NCBI GenBank assembly: GCA_900314905.1
Contig: OMXA01000004.1
Coordinates: 16,316-80,315 of the forward strand
DNA from: an uncultured Erysipelotrichaceae bacterium
GTDB taxonomy: Bacteria; Bacillota_I; Bacilli_A; Erysipelotrichales; Erysipelotrichaceae
DNA length: 64,000 nt
Direction of reading: 5' to 3'
The notes under the pieces are model-generated. The model had not been told where the DNA came from. It did not search any database and saw only the letters and a program-made list of their open reading frames with translations. Within the stretch, counting starts at the first letter, position 1, and the number at the start of each line of letters is the position of its first letter. The position numbers and the translations under genes are program-made. Below, one piece after another: positions 27,185 through 36,785 of the stretch.

Positions 27185-28107
27185 GCGTGCTCCAGCTTCC
27201 GGACGGTACGCACATCCTGTTCCAGCTGCATGATCAGATTGTCCTTATTCTGGAAACGGATCTCCGGGCGGAGGTAATGAGAGAAGCGCAGCGTCAGCAT
27301 CCTTCCATAGAGATTGCCGGAATAGTCCAGAATATGTGCTTCCAGAGACAGTCGTTCCGTATAGTTCATGGTCGGATTATGGCCGAGATTGATCATCGCC
27401 GGATGGCGGATCCCGTCAATCTGCACGGATCCGGCATAGACCCCGGGTCTTGGCGTGAGGTATTCCGATGGAATCTGGATATTGGCGGTCGGAAATCCGA
27501 GCGAAGCTCCTTTATGGCGGCCGGGAATGACTTTGCCTTCCATCTCGAACGGATGTCCGAGCAGACGTTCCGCTTCCTCGATTTCCCCATGTTCCAGCAG
27601 ATTCGAGATTCTCGTGCTGCTGATTTTCTCGCTGCCATCAGCAACCTCTTCGACTACTTCAACCCGGAAACTGCCAAATTGCTTCAGCGTGAGCGCATCT
27701 CCTTTTCCAGAACAGCCGTAATGGAAATCATAGCCGCAGACAATCCCGATCAGATTCAGCTGGCCAAGCACCTTCTCGGCAAATTGCTGCGGTGAAAGCG
27801 CCGCCATCTCTTTCGTGAATTCCAGGATGCAGATATTCTCGATCCCATAGGAAACGGCCAGATTGATCCTCTGGCGCATTGTCGTGATATGTTCTGCATC
27901 AGCCGGATTCATGTCTCTGATTGTCACCCACGGGTCCGGCTCAAACGTGATCAGAGCAGATTCGCAATGCAGTTCTTCGGCAAGCTCCTCGGTCCGATGG
28001 ATCAGAGCCTGGTGGCCGCGATGCATGCCATCAAAATAGCCGATGCATGCGGCAAGCGGTATTTTAGGTTTTCTAGGATGTTCCAGATCAATCCGAACGA
28101 TGCGCAT
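27181..28107 (-). CDS. ribF: Bifunctional riboflavin kinase / FAD synthetase
   Basis: Motifs GYFDGMHRGHQ, VCGYDFHYG, KISSTRI, GFPTAN, GHNPT and LEAHILDY. Confidence 0.95.
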   Translation of the reverse strand: MRIVRIDLEHPRKPKIPLAACIGYFDGMHRGHQALIHRTEELAEELHCESALITFEPDPWVTIRDMNPADAEHITTMRQRINLAVSYGIENICILEFTKEMAALSPQQFAEKVLGQLNLIGIVCGYDFHYGCSGKGDALTLKQFGSFRVEVVEEVADGSEKISSTRISNLLEHGEIEEAERLLGHPFEMEGKVIPGRHKGASLGFPTANIQIPSEYLTPRPGVYAGSVQIDGIRHPAMINLGHNPTMNYTERLSLEAHILDYSGNLYGRMLTLRFSHYLRPEIRFQNKDNLIMQLEQDVRTVRKLEHA

Positions 28108-28109
28108 AT

Positions 28110-28955
28110 TCAGAAAAGCCCTCTCTCGCAGTGATAGAGTCCATCCTCACGTTTCTGATATGCCGCCAGGATCTTCTTACTGCCGTCTATGATGATAACC
28201 TCGTTTTCTTCCCGGTCAAGCTTCAGCGGGCGGCCATGCAGGACAGGCTCCGGATCCGGTATGGCAATCAGAGGAAGCGAGGGTTTCAGCACTGTATAAG
28301 GTTCTGCAAAGACCGGGTCGGAAAGCAGCTGCTCAAACGTGTTGGCATCGGCAAGAGAAAGGCCCTCGATGCCTGCCCTTTCCAGAGCGCTCATGGCCGC
28401 ATATTCCCCGATCAGGTTCCCGAGATCTTCAATCAGGGTGCGGATGTAGGTTCCCGAAGAAACAACCGCATCCATGGTCCAGGTGTCTTCATCTTTTTTT
28501 CCGATCGAAAGCGAATTCACCATTACGCGTCTGCCCGGGCGGTCGACCTCTCTCCCTTTTCTTGCATATTCGTAAAGCTTATGACCGCCGACATGGACCG
28601 CGCTGTACATCGGCGGGACCTGGATGATCGGACCGGTCAGCTTTTTGGCAGCCTCATTCATCTCCGCAATGGTATGGGCTGAGCTTTCCTTCTCTGCAAT
28701 CGGCTCTCCGAAGATATCGCCTGTAGAATATCTGTTGCCAAGCCGGAACTCTGCCAGATAGTGCTTATGATCGCAAGCACAGTACGGAGCAAGCTTGGTG
28801 TATTTTCCGAGCAGGATGATCATGAGGCCAGAAGCCTGAGGATCCAGGGTTCCGGTATGTCCTGCTTTTTTTTCATGAAAAATGTTCCGGCAGCGGCGGA
28901 CTGCATCAAAGCTCGTGATGCCAGCCGGTTTCTGAATCAGAAGTATGTTATCCAT
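28110..28955 (-). CDS. truB: tRNA pseudouridine(55) synthase
   Basis: Motifs KPAGITSF, AGHTGTLDP, QVPPMYSA and SSGTYIRTL. Confidence 0.95.
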   Translation of the reverse strand: MDNILLIQKPAGITSFDAVRRCRNIFHEKKAGHTGTLDPQASGLMIILLGKYTKLAPYCACDHKHYLAEFRLGNRYSTGDIFGEPIAEKESSAHTIAEMNEAAKKLTGPIIQVPPMYSAVHVGGHKLYEYARKGREVDRPGRRVMVNSLSIGKKDEDTWTMDAVVSSGTYIRTLIEDLGNLIGEYAAMSALERAGIEGLSLADANTFEQLLSDPVFAEPYTVLKPSLPLIAIPDPEPVLHGRPLKLDREENEVIIIDGSKKILAAYQKREDGLYHCERGLF

Positions 28956-29084
28956 AACCTTGTGCATTATACCTGTTTTCCCTGGGTCTTGTAAAACTGC
29001 TGTTTTCATGAGAATGAATATTTTTTCATAAAACAGGTTGACATTCGCAGTGATTCCGCTATATTAATTCCGTAAAACAAAACA

Positions 29085-29254
29085 GCATAGAGGTAGCGGC
29101 GCAGATGAGTACCGTGCAGAGCCGGCAGGCACTGAAGCATGGGAAAGGCAATCGCCGCCGAACGCAGTCTTCCGGCAGGAAGGCATGCGTGGGAGTGCAG
29201 AGAAGATCTGTACTACTCCTTCAGTTACTGAAGTGGCGCTATCGGATATGGATT
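29085..29254 (+). promoter_or_regulatory. Lysine riboswitch (L-box) aptamer
   Basis: Conserved elements in order: ATAGAGGTAGCG, ATGAGTA, GAAAGG, GCCGAA, TGGG and GTGGCGCTAT. Promoter TTGACA at 29038 upstream. Confidence 0.88.
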
Positions 29255-29265
29255 GAACTCATCAA

Positions 29266-29298
29266 GGCCGTATGTGATAGCATACGGTTTTGTTTTGA
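29266..29298 (+). terminator. Riboswitch expression-platform terminator
   Basis: GCCGTATG-tgatag-CATACGGT followed by TTTGTTTT, before the SD of the SBP gene. Confidence 0.75.
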
Positions 29299-29315
29299 TG
29301 AGGAGGAATGAACTT

Positions 29316-30167
29316 ATGAACCAGATGATCCGTATTTCCGCGATTGCTATGTCCGGTGCGCTTCTGCTTGCCGGATGCGGCTCTTCCAGCACTGCTTCGC
29401 AAGCTGCAGCTTCAGCTTCAGCAGATTCCGGGAAAAAGACCCTTCGGGTCGGCATGGAATGCAACTATGCGCCATTCAACTGGAGCACGACCGACAAGAC
29501 TGATACTGCCCAGCCCATTTCCGATGTGGACTATTGCGATGGGTATGATGTCGTCATGGCAGAAACTCTCGCTGACAAGATCGGCTATGAGGTGCAGATT
29601 GTAAAGCTAGACTGGGACAACCTGATCCTGTCCCTGCAGAATGATCAGATCGATGCGATCATTGCCGGCATGACTGATACCCCGGAACGTGAAGAGGAAA
29701 TTGACTTCACTTCCCCTTACTATGTATCCGAAGAAGTCGTCATTGTCCGTGCTGACAGCGATCTTTCAAAGATCACAGATATCCAGCAGCTTTCCGGCTA
29801 CAAGGTCCAAGGGCAGATGAACACGATCTATGATGAGGTGATCGATCAGATCCAGGGCGTTGATCATCAGCCGGCAGCTGAAACCTTCCCTGCTTCCATC
29901 CAGGCATTGCAGGCAGGTGGAATCGATGCGGTTGTCTCGGAACTTCCGGTCGCTAACGGTGTCGTGGCAGCAAATCCGGATCTTGCCATGGTGCGGTTTG
30001 AGGAAGGCCATGGATTTGAGGCAGATTCTTCTGTTTCCATCGGCGTTGCAAAGAACAATACCGATCTGAAGGACAAGCTCCAGAGTGCACTGGATACGAT
30101 CAGCGAAGACGAACGCCAGCAGATGATGCAGGATGCGGTGGATCGTCAGCCTGCTGCTGAAGAATAG
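29316..30167 (+). CDS. Polar amino acid ABC transporter substrate-binding lipoprotein (likely lysine)
   Basis: Lipobox LAGC and motifs LRVGMECNYAPFNW, GYDV, IDAIIAGMTDTPER, DFTSPYY. Under lysine riboswitch control. Confidence 0.9.
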   Translation: MNQMIRISAIAMSGALLLAGCGSSSTASQAAASASADSGKKTLRVGMECNYAPFNWSTTDKTDTAQPISDVDYCDGYDVVMAETLADKIGYEVQIVKLDWDNLILSLQNDQIDAIIAGMTDTPEREEEIDFTSPYYVSEEVVIVRADSDLSKITDIQQLSGYKVQGQMNTIYDEVIDQIQGVDHQPAAETFPASIQALQAGGIDAVVSELPVANGVVAANPDLAMVRFEEGHGFEADSSVSIGVAKNNTDLKDKLQSALDTISEDERQQMMQDAVDRQPAAEE

Positions 30168-30170
30168 TCA

Positions 30171-30962
30171 ATGAACAGCACGTTCTTCACCAATATCAGC
30201 GATATTCTGAACCGCTACGGCTCCAGCCTCCTGCTGGGTGTGCGGACCACGCTGATTGTCTCGCTGACCGGCACTGCATTCGGCTTTCTGATCGGCCTTC
30301 TGGTCGGCGGATTCCGGGCCGTCAAGCTTGACTATACTGCTTCCAAGCCAGCAAGATTCTTCAAGAAGCTGTTTGATCTGATCGCGAATATCTATATCGG
30401 CATCTTCCGCGGAACACCGATGATGGTGCAGGCGGTATTCATCTACTATGCTCTGCTCAACGTCATTCACTGGGATAATATGAATGCGGCCATCTTCGTC
30501 ATCAGCGTCAATACCGGTGCCTATATGTCTGAGATCATCCGTTCCGGAATCCAGGCGGTGGACCCTGGTCAGAGCGAAGCAGCAAGATCGCTTGGCATGT
30601 CAAACAGCCAGACGATGATGAATGTCGTGCTTCCGCAGGCAATCCGCAATGCGTTTCCTGCCATCGGCAATGAGCTGATCGTAAACATCAAGGATTCTTC
30701 CGTGCTGATGATCATTTCCATCACGGAACTCATGTTCCAGTCGAAATCCATTGCGGGCACGACGTTCCATTTCACTGAAACCTATTTCATCGAAGCGATG
30801 ATCTATCTGATTCTGACGACCATTGCGACGCTGATTCTCAATTATATTGAAGGCCGCCTGAACCAGCGCAAGGTCAGTCTTCCGCAGAGCGATACGGACC
30901 CAAGCAACATGAAGATCGCAGGATCTCTGAAAGATCCGGAAAGGAGCAGGCATGGCTTCTGA
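30171..30962 (+). CDS. Polar amino acid ABC transporter permease
   Basis: Motifs [32 protein letters not shown] and IKDSS. Confidence 0.93.
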   Translation: MNSTFFTNISDILNRYGSSLLLGVRTTLIVSLTGTAFGFLIGLLVGGFRAVKLDYTASKPARFFKKLFDLIANIYIGIFRGTPMMVQAVFIYYALLNVIHWDNMNAAIFVISVNTGAYMSEIIRSGIQAVDPGQSEAARSLGMSNSQTMMNVVLPQAIRNAFPAIGNELIVNIKDSSVLMIISITELMFQSKSIAGTTFHFTETYFIEAMIYLILTTIATLILNYIEGRLNQRKVSLPQSDTDPSNMKIAGSLKDPERSRHGF

Positions 30963-31698
30963 ATCCTCATCCATGGTAGAAATCAGAAATGTCCATAAGA
31001 GCTTCGGCTCTCTTCAGGTTCTCAAAGGCGTTGATTTTGAGGTCCGGGAAGGAGAAGTCGTCACTCTGATCGGCCGTTCCGGTTCCGGAAAATCCACCCT
31101 GCTTCGCTGCATCAACCTGCTTGAGAAGCCGGATTCCGGAGAGATCCGGGTATTCGGGGAAGATATTCTGCATACGAAGAATGTCAATGCCTACCGGGCA
31201 AAGGTCGGCATGTGCTTCCAGCAGTTCAATCTGTTCCGCAACATGAATGTGCTGCAGAACTGTGTGGTGCCTCAGATGAAAGTGCTTCACCGCTCAAAGG
31301 AAGAAGCAGTGGAAAAAGCGATGGAGCTTCTGAAGCGGGTCGGGATGGACTCCTTCTGCCAGGCAGATGTTTCCCAGATCTCCGGCGGCCAGAAGCAGCG
31401 AGTTGCCATTGCCAGAGCCCTGTGCATGGATCCGAAGCTGATGCTGTTCGATGAACCGACGTCGGCGCTTGATCCGGAGATGGTCAATGAAGTTCTGGCT
31501 GTCATGAAAGAACTTGCCGGAACCGGTCTTACGATGATTATCGTGACTCATGAGATGAATTTTGCCAGAAGCGTATCTGACAAGATTGTCTTCATGGATC
31601 AGGGAATCATTGCAGAACAGGGAAGTCCGGAGCAGATTTTCACCCATCCTGCATCCCAGCGCACAAAGGAATTCCTGTCAGCGTTCCTCCATTCCTGA
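30952..31698 (+). CDS. Polar amino acid ABC transporter ATP-binding protein
   Basis: Motifs [24 protein letters not shown] and [11 protein letters not shown]. Confidence 0.95.
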   Translation: MASESSSMVEIRNVHKSFGSLQVLKGVDFEVREGEVVTLIGRSGSGKSTLLRCINLLEKPDSGEIRVFGEDILHTKNVNAYRAKVGMCFQQFNLFRNMNVLQNCVVPQMKVLHRSKEEAVEKAMELLKRVGMDSFCQADVSQISGGQKQRVAIARALCMDPKLMLFDEPTSALDPEMVNEVLAVMKELAGTGLTMIIVTHEMNFARSVSDKIVFMDQGIIAEQGSPEQIFTHPASQRTKEFLSAFLHS

Positions 31699-31708
31699 GA
31701 GGCCTATT

Positions 31709-31736
31709 GCGGAGTCCATTGGATTCCGCTTTTTTT
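31709..31736 (+). terminator. Terminator after the amino acid ABC operon
   Basis: GCGGAGTCC-att-GGATTCCGC followed by T7. Confidence 0.75.
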
Positions 31737-31754
31737 CTGCGGTAAACTGTTCTC

Positions 31755-32585
31755 ATGATCCGGCGGGTATATCTTGAAATCACAAATCTCTGCAACCTTC
31801 ACTGTCCCTTCTGCACCCCGGTTTCAAGAAAAGGGTCGATCATGCCAGCAGAACAGGTTTCAAAGCTGCTTCCTGAGATCCGTTCCGTGACTCCTTATCT
31901 CTATCTGCATGTGCGCGGCGAACCGATGACTCATCCTGAGTTCGAGCAGATTCTTTCGCTCTGCGACGATGCACAGATGAAAGTACAGCTGGTGACGAAC
32001 GGAACGCTGCTCTTTCGCCATCCTGACCTCTTTTCTCATTCTTCTCTGCGCAAGCTCTCGGTATCGCTTCAATCCGTCCAGGCCCAGGATCCTGCCCTTC
32101 TTCCTTCCTACCTGGATACCATTGACCGCTTGATCCAGCAGGCTCAGAAAACCGGCCGGCCGATCATTGAGCTGAGATTCTGGCGAAGCGATCAGAACGA
32201 TCTGCCTTCCGCCGCTGCATGCATGAAGTTTCTGAAAGACCGCTATCCATCTGAAGCCACGGACCGCAGCCATAATCTGAGATTAGGCAGAAATCTTTAT
32301 CTGACTTATGACAACATGTTTACCTGGCCAGACGGCACCGCCGATTCTTCAGATACCGGAACCTGCCATGGTGCGGTTCACCAGATTGCCATTCTTTCAG
32401 ACGGTACGCTGGTTCCCTGCTGCATGGACGCTGGTGGCGTCATTCGCCTTGGCAATGTGCTGGAAACTCCGCTTTCCAAGCTCCTGGAGTCCGAGCGCTA
32501 CCTCAGAATGAAAAACGGATTCTGCAATCATCAGATCACAGAACCCTTCTGCAGAACCTGCAGCTTCCGGAAACGCTTCGGCTGA
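31755..32585 (+). CDS. Radical SAM protein with SPASM/twitch-type C-terminal domain
   Basis: EITNLCNLHCPFC (CxxxCxxC), GEP, TNG, and C-terminal Cys set CHG...PCC...FCRTC. Confidence 0.88.
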   Translation: MIRRVYLEITNLCNLHCPFCTPVSRKGSIMPAEQVSKLLPEIRSVTPYLYLHVRGEPMTHPEFEQILSLCDDAQMKVQLVTNGTLLFRHPDLFSHSSLRKLSVSLQSVQAQDPALLPSYLDTIDRLIQQAQKTGRPIIELRFWRSDQNDLPSAAACMKFLKDRYPSEATDRSHNLRLGRNLYLTYDNMFTWPDGTADSSDTGTCHGAVHQIAILSDGTLVPCCMDAGGVIRLGNVLETPLSKLLESERYLRMKNGFCNHQITEPFCRTCSFRKRFG

Positions 32586-32840
32586 TCACAGCATCAGAAA
32601 CGTCATTCCATCTTCCGCTTTCAGACTTCCTAAAGGAACATCCATGTCGCATTGGCATAGATGTTCTTTTTCATAAATGCATGTTTCTTCATCTATCCGG
32701 TACGAAGAACCGATTCCGCTGGAAAGCAGCGGCTTCAGCAGCTTCATGCATTCCCGGAAAGATGCAGAACATGGCAGCACGCACTCAATCCTCTGCATGG
32801 AAACCGGAAATTCCAGAAAAACTCTTACCTGTTCCTGCAT
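32586..32840 (-). CDS. YukD/EsaB-like ubiquitin-fold type VII secretion accessory protein
   Basis: 84 aa directly after essC with SD AGGAG. The pattern RVFLEF...IECVLP...DVPLGSLKAEDGMTFLML fits EsaB/YukD. Assignment rests mainly on size and context. Confidence 0.65.
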   Translation of the reverse strand: MQEQVRVFLEFPVSMQRIECVLPCSASFRECMKLLKPLLSSGIGSSYRIDEETCIYEKEHLCQCDMDVPLGSLKAEDGMTFLML

Positions 32841-32855
32841 CTGCTCTCCTTTCTG

Positions 32856-35800
32856 TCAGATGATCTCCGTGATCTGCATGATGCGGCAGCGCCCATGGGA
32901 TATGAACATCGCCTGATTCCTCTTCAGCGGCTTGCGGTAATGAGAGGAGAATACATACTGTTCCCGGAAGCCTTCTCCGGTATAGATGATCGGTGCAGAA
33001 CTTGCTTCGTGGCGGAGATTCAGCTCCTGATACCTCGAAAAGGGCATTGCCATCATAGCTCCTCTTCCGGCTTTCAGAACCTCTTTCACCTCCGCTTCCG
33101 AAGGATCCAGGATGAGGCCTGGAAACAGAGGCTTCCATGCGTCTCTGAGATGATCCTGTTCTTCCGGATAAGTAGAAAGGATCAGCGCGATGCAGGATTC
33201 AGGAATCGCAATCCATTCATACGTCTCGATATCCATTCCAAGAACAAGATCCTTTCCCTGATACATGGAACGGGAGATGATTTCCGGTACCTGCGGCAGC
33301 ACATACCCTTTTCCGGTACCATGCATTGCGACGGAACGCTCTGCCGCTAAGCCAAGATCGGATTCCGTGATCTTCGGATAATGGACTTCCAGAAGATGGT
33401 CTGCCCGGATCATTGCCGTATACGGATGTGAAACGGTCTTATGGACAGCTGTTTCAAAGATCCCGGTCAGATCCTGCAGGTTGCTGTTGCGAAGGCTGAT
33501 CCGGCATGAAATCAGCGTCAGATCCCGGTAAGAGATTGCCGAAGACCCGGAGACAAACACAATGAAGTGAATATTCAGCTTTTCCGCCTTCTCCAGAAGG
33601 CTGTGCAGATTCTGCTGATTGCTGTCGCCGTTTTCCCGGAAAGCACTGTAGTCATCAATCAGCACATAGCATTCCTGAGGATCGGAAGCCTTGCGCTGGC
33701 AAAGATGACGGAACAGATTGCGGACCAGTTCCTGATCTGAGCTTTCAAAGATATTGGATACCTGCGGAGCTTTCTCAAGCATCTCGAAACCGCCGCTCAG
33801 ATCATCAATCAGGAACAGTTCATCGCCCTGCTTCAGCGTTTTCAGAAGACCATACAGAATCACGTGAAGAAATGACAGGCGATCGCTGCGGTCAATCCCG
33901 AAGACTGCCATTGCGTAGGTCTCCGGTCTCAGCAAGAGAGTCGGCTGGCGGTAATGATAGAAGTCATCAGCACGGCCAAGCACTGCTCCCTCCATCTGAT
34001 CTGCTTCTTCCAGGGTCGGGGCTCTAGCTGCAGGCAGCCAGAGCTTATGAGCCTGAAATCCCCCTCCGAGTTCCAGCACTTCCCGGATCACGGCAGCAGC
34101 CTGGGTTTCTTCACTGCTGCATTCTTCCCGGTTTTCCAGAATGACATGCTTCATGGCATCCAGAATCTGAACTTTCGGCGAAGATTGTTCTTTCGGTGCA
34201 TTGGCATAGCCGCTGGCCGCATGAACCCGCAGCCCATCGCAGAACAGATACAGCTCTCCTGGCTTCCGGATCCAGGCTGCGTCGGGAGAATGGATCATCT
34301 CGATGCTGTCCTGGCGGTCCTGGACTTTCAGACATACTTTGAATCGGCAGTTCGACCAGATCTGTTCGTCAACGACCCCGGAAGGTTTCTGCGTGGCGAG
34401 AATCATATGAATGCCGAGCGATCTGCCTACACGGGCAATGGAGATCAGCTCTTTCATGAACTGGGGTTCTTCTTTCTTCAGTTCGGCAAATTCGTCCACG
34501 AGGATCAGAATGGCTGAAAGATACGGAACCCCATAGCTTTCCCTCCAGATCTTCTGATAGCTTTTCAGATTCATCACCGGTCTTTCAGAAATCCTCGAGA
34601 GCTGCTGAAACAGGATTTCCCTGCGATGGCATTCATTGCGGAATGATACGAGGGCACGTTCCATCTCAGACAGATCCAGGTTGGAAAGCACACCGGCAAT
34701 ATGCGGAACTTCGTAATGATCATTCGCGAAGATCTGGGCTGCTCCCCCGCCCTTGAAATCAATCAGCACAATCTGAAGTTCTCTCGGGCTGTAGGTACAG
34801 ATGAGGCTGAGTACCAGGGTAATGAGAAATTCGCTTTTCCCTGATCCGGTCATGCCGGCAACCAGTCCATGGGGACCATTGCCGGTTTCATGAAGATCAA
34901 GAATCACCGGTTCTCCGCAGGAATCAATGCCGATCCGCGAGCGGATATGATCTCTGACATGATTCGTTTCCCAGGCCGCCCGGATTTTCAGGGATTTCAC
35001 ATCGGCCGCATGATAGAGATCAAAGAAAGATGGACCTGCCTGCATGGAACTGCTACGGACAAGAAGCCTGCATCTGGAAAGAGATGAAAAGAAAGCTTCC
35101 CAGTTTCTTTTTCCGATCAGATCGCAGCAGAATTCCCTGGCTTCCAAATCCGTCTGCAGAATCCCATGGGTCTGATTCACATGAACCTGCAGATCCGTAC
35201 CTGCCGGGATACTGTGATCTTCGCTGAGCTGAATCACAATCGGGTGCACGACATCCAGAAGAGAAATCAGATTCGGCTTCAGAGCGATCACGAGAACGGG
35301 CGGATCTTTTTCCTGATGCAGAGCCATGCAGGCTTCCCGAACCTCGTTCTGCGTCCCTGCAATCAGACGGATTCCTGCTGTTTCGCATTCCGTCTGCGGA
35401 ATCATGCGAAGCCATGGATACGTTTTCTCGCTGCTCTCATCTGCGAGAAACATCATCTTCAGATGATCAGGTCCGAAGTCTTTCGCAATCGAAGCAATCA
35501 TATTCCAGAGGAATTCTTCGTTCTGACTGCCAGCATCGATGACGATGCGGGAATACTCAGCAAGCGGAATCACTGCCGGCATCTGTGGCATAGAACAGAT
35601 CTGTTCCTTCAGATCCTGCAGGAGCTCAGCCAGCGGGTCGTCCCGTTTAAGCCGGAAGGAACGCTTCAGATTCAGCGAAAAAGAGACGGTTCCGATCCCT
35701 GCTCGTACCATGAGCCAGTCTTTCTGGCCGGGTGTCTTCTGGAATACTGCTGCGGGATTCAGAGGCAGAGACAGAAGATGATCCGGATCAGGAAAGCATT

Positions 35801-36785
35801 CCATGCCTTCCATCCGGAACTTCTTCTGTTCTTCCTGAATATCGGAGTGAAGTCCGATCAGGTAGCGTTCATACTGCCTTAGACGAGCTCTGTTCTGTTT
35901 CTTTTCCCGGTGTTTCTCATAAAGCCGCTGCATCGGATTCCAGACCAAGGTGCTGACGACCATGACACCCGGAAGCAGAACCATCGGCAGCATCTCTTCG
36001 ATTCCTCTTCCTGAGAGATAGCCATTGTACATCGCCAGAGCTCCGCTGAAGAGGCTTGCACTCGACATCGTCAGCGCAGGCCCCATCATGAAAATCAGCG
36101 GATTCTTCTGACGTTCTTCCAGCCGGATCGGTTCTTCCAGCTCCATCGACAGTTCCCGCTGAAGCTTCGGTGCCCGCCAGGTCCGCACGATGCGGACCAT
36201 GCCAGCTTCCGGAAGCTTAGCTGCAGGATGCTTCTCGAATCCGGGCAGCGATATCGTCAGATTCCTGCAGGAATTGATCATCAGAAACTCCGGGTGAAAA
36301 ACGATCTGCAGATTCAGAATCCGGAAGCAGCTGCACCAGGAGAAGGTCTGTTCATGCGGAATCAGCGATCCGTTCAGTACTCCCTGGATGCCAGCTTGCT
36401 GGCTGATGCGCATTTTCTTCCGATCAATGGTAATCTGTGCAGCTGTCAGATTCTGATCCGCGATCCGGATCGTATCATCCGGGCTGCAGCCAATCGTCAC
36501 AGCACCATCCGGCCAGCAGCAGCGATGAAAAACTTCATAGCCTTCTTCATACTCACTGAAAGAGAGAGATGCTTTCTTCTTCGTCCGGCTTTCCGTGAGA
36601 AAGATCCGCGTTTCATGGCGGATCTCTTCCGTTTGATTGGCGCGGATGCCGCGGGGAAGCCGGAGATAGATGCGGCCGGAATCATTCAGGATCATCGCAT
36701 CCTGTCCGAATACCTGGAACAGGACTGACCCTTTCGGAATCCGGATCGCCTCTGCATGTTCCGGATCGGCAATCCATGCGATCAT
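32856..36785 (-). CDS. essC: Type VII secretion ATPase EssC/YukB (FtsK/SpoIIIE family)
   Basis: FHA-like N-terminus (VTIGCSPDDTI), two TM helices, and motifs GPHGLVAGMTGSGKSE, LIDFKGG, LVDEFAELK, RVGRSLGIHMILATQKP. Downstream ATPase repeats are degenerate. Confidence 0.9.
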   Translation of the reverse strand: MIAWIADPEHAEAIRIPKGSVLFQVFGQDAMILNDSGRIYLRLPRGIRANQTEEIRHETRIFLTESRTKKKASLSFSEYEEGYEVFHRCCWPDGAVTIGCSPDDTIRIADQNLTAAQITIDRKKMRISQQAGIQGVLNGSLIPHEQTFSWCSCFRILNLQIVFHPEFLMINSCRNLTISLPGFEKHPAAKLPEAGMVRIVRTWRAPKLQRELSMELEEPIRLEERQKNPLIFMMGPALTMSSASLFSGALAMYNGYLSGRGIEEMLPMVLLPGVMVVSTLVWNPMQRLYEKHREKKQNRARLRQYERYLIGLHSDIQEEQKKFRMEGMECFPDPDHLLSLPLNPAAVFQKTPGQKDWLMVRAGIGTVSFSLNLKRSFRLKRDDPLAELLQDLKEQICSMPQMPAVIPLAEYSRIVIDAGSQNEEFLWNMIASIAKDFGPDHLKMMFLADESSEKTYPWLRMIPQTECETAGIRLIAGTQNEVREACMALHQEKDPPVLVIALKPNLISLLDVVHPIVIQLSEDHSIPAGTDLQVHVNQTHGILQTDLEAREFCCDLIGKRNWEAFFSSLSRCRLLVRSSSMQAGPSFFDLYHAADVKSLKIRAAWETNHVRDHIRSRIGIDSCGEPVILDLHETGNGPHGLVAGMTGSGKSEFLITLVLSLICTYSPRELQIVLIDFKGGGAAQIFANDHYEVPHIAGVLSNLDLSEMERALVSFRNECHRREILFQQLSRISERPVMNLKSYQKIWRESYGVPYLSAILILVDEFAELKKEEPQFMKELISIARVGRSLGIHMILATQKPSGVVDEQIWSNCRFKVCLKVQDRQDSIEMIHSPDAAWIRKPGELYLFCDGLRVHAASGYANAPKEQSSPKVQILDAMKHVILENREECSSEETQAAAVIREVLELGGGFQAHKLWLPAARAPTLEEADQMEGAVLGRADDFYHYRQPTLLLRPETYAMAVFGIDRSDRLSFLHVILYGLLKTLKQGDELFLIDDLSGGFEMLEKAPQVSNIFESSDQELVRNLFRHLCQRKASDPQECYVLIDDYSAFRENGDSNQQNLHSLLEKAEKLNIHFIVFVSGSSAISYRDLTLISCRISLRNSNLQDLTGIFETAVHKTVSHPYTAMIRADHLLEVHYPKITESDLGLAAERSVAMHGTGKGYVLPQVPEIISRSMYQGKDLVLGMDIETYEWIAIPESCIALILSTYPEEQDHLRDAWKPLFPGLILDPSEAEVKEVLKAGRGAMMAMPFSRYQELNLRHEASSAPIIYTGEGFREQYVFSSHYRKPLKRNQAMFISHGRCRIMQITEII

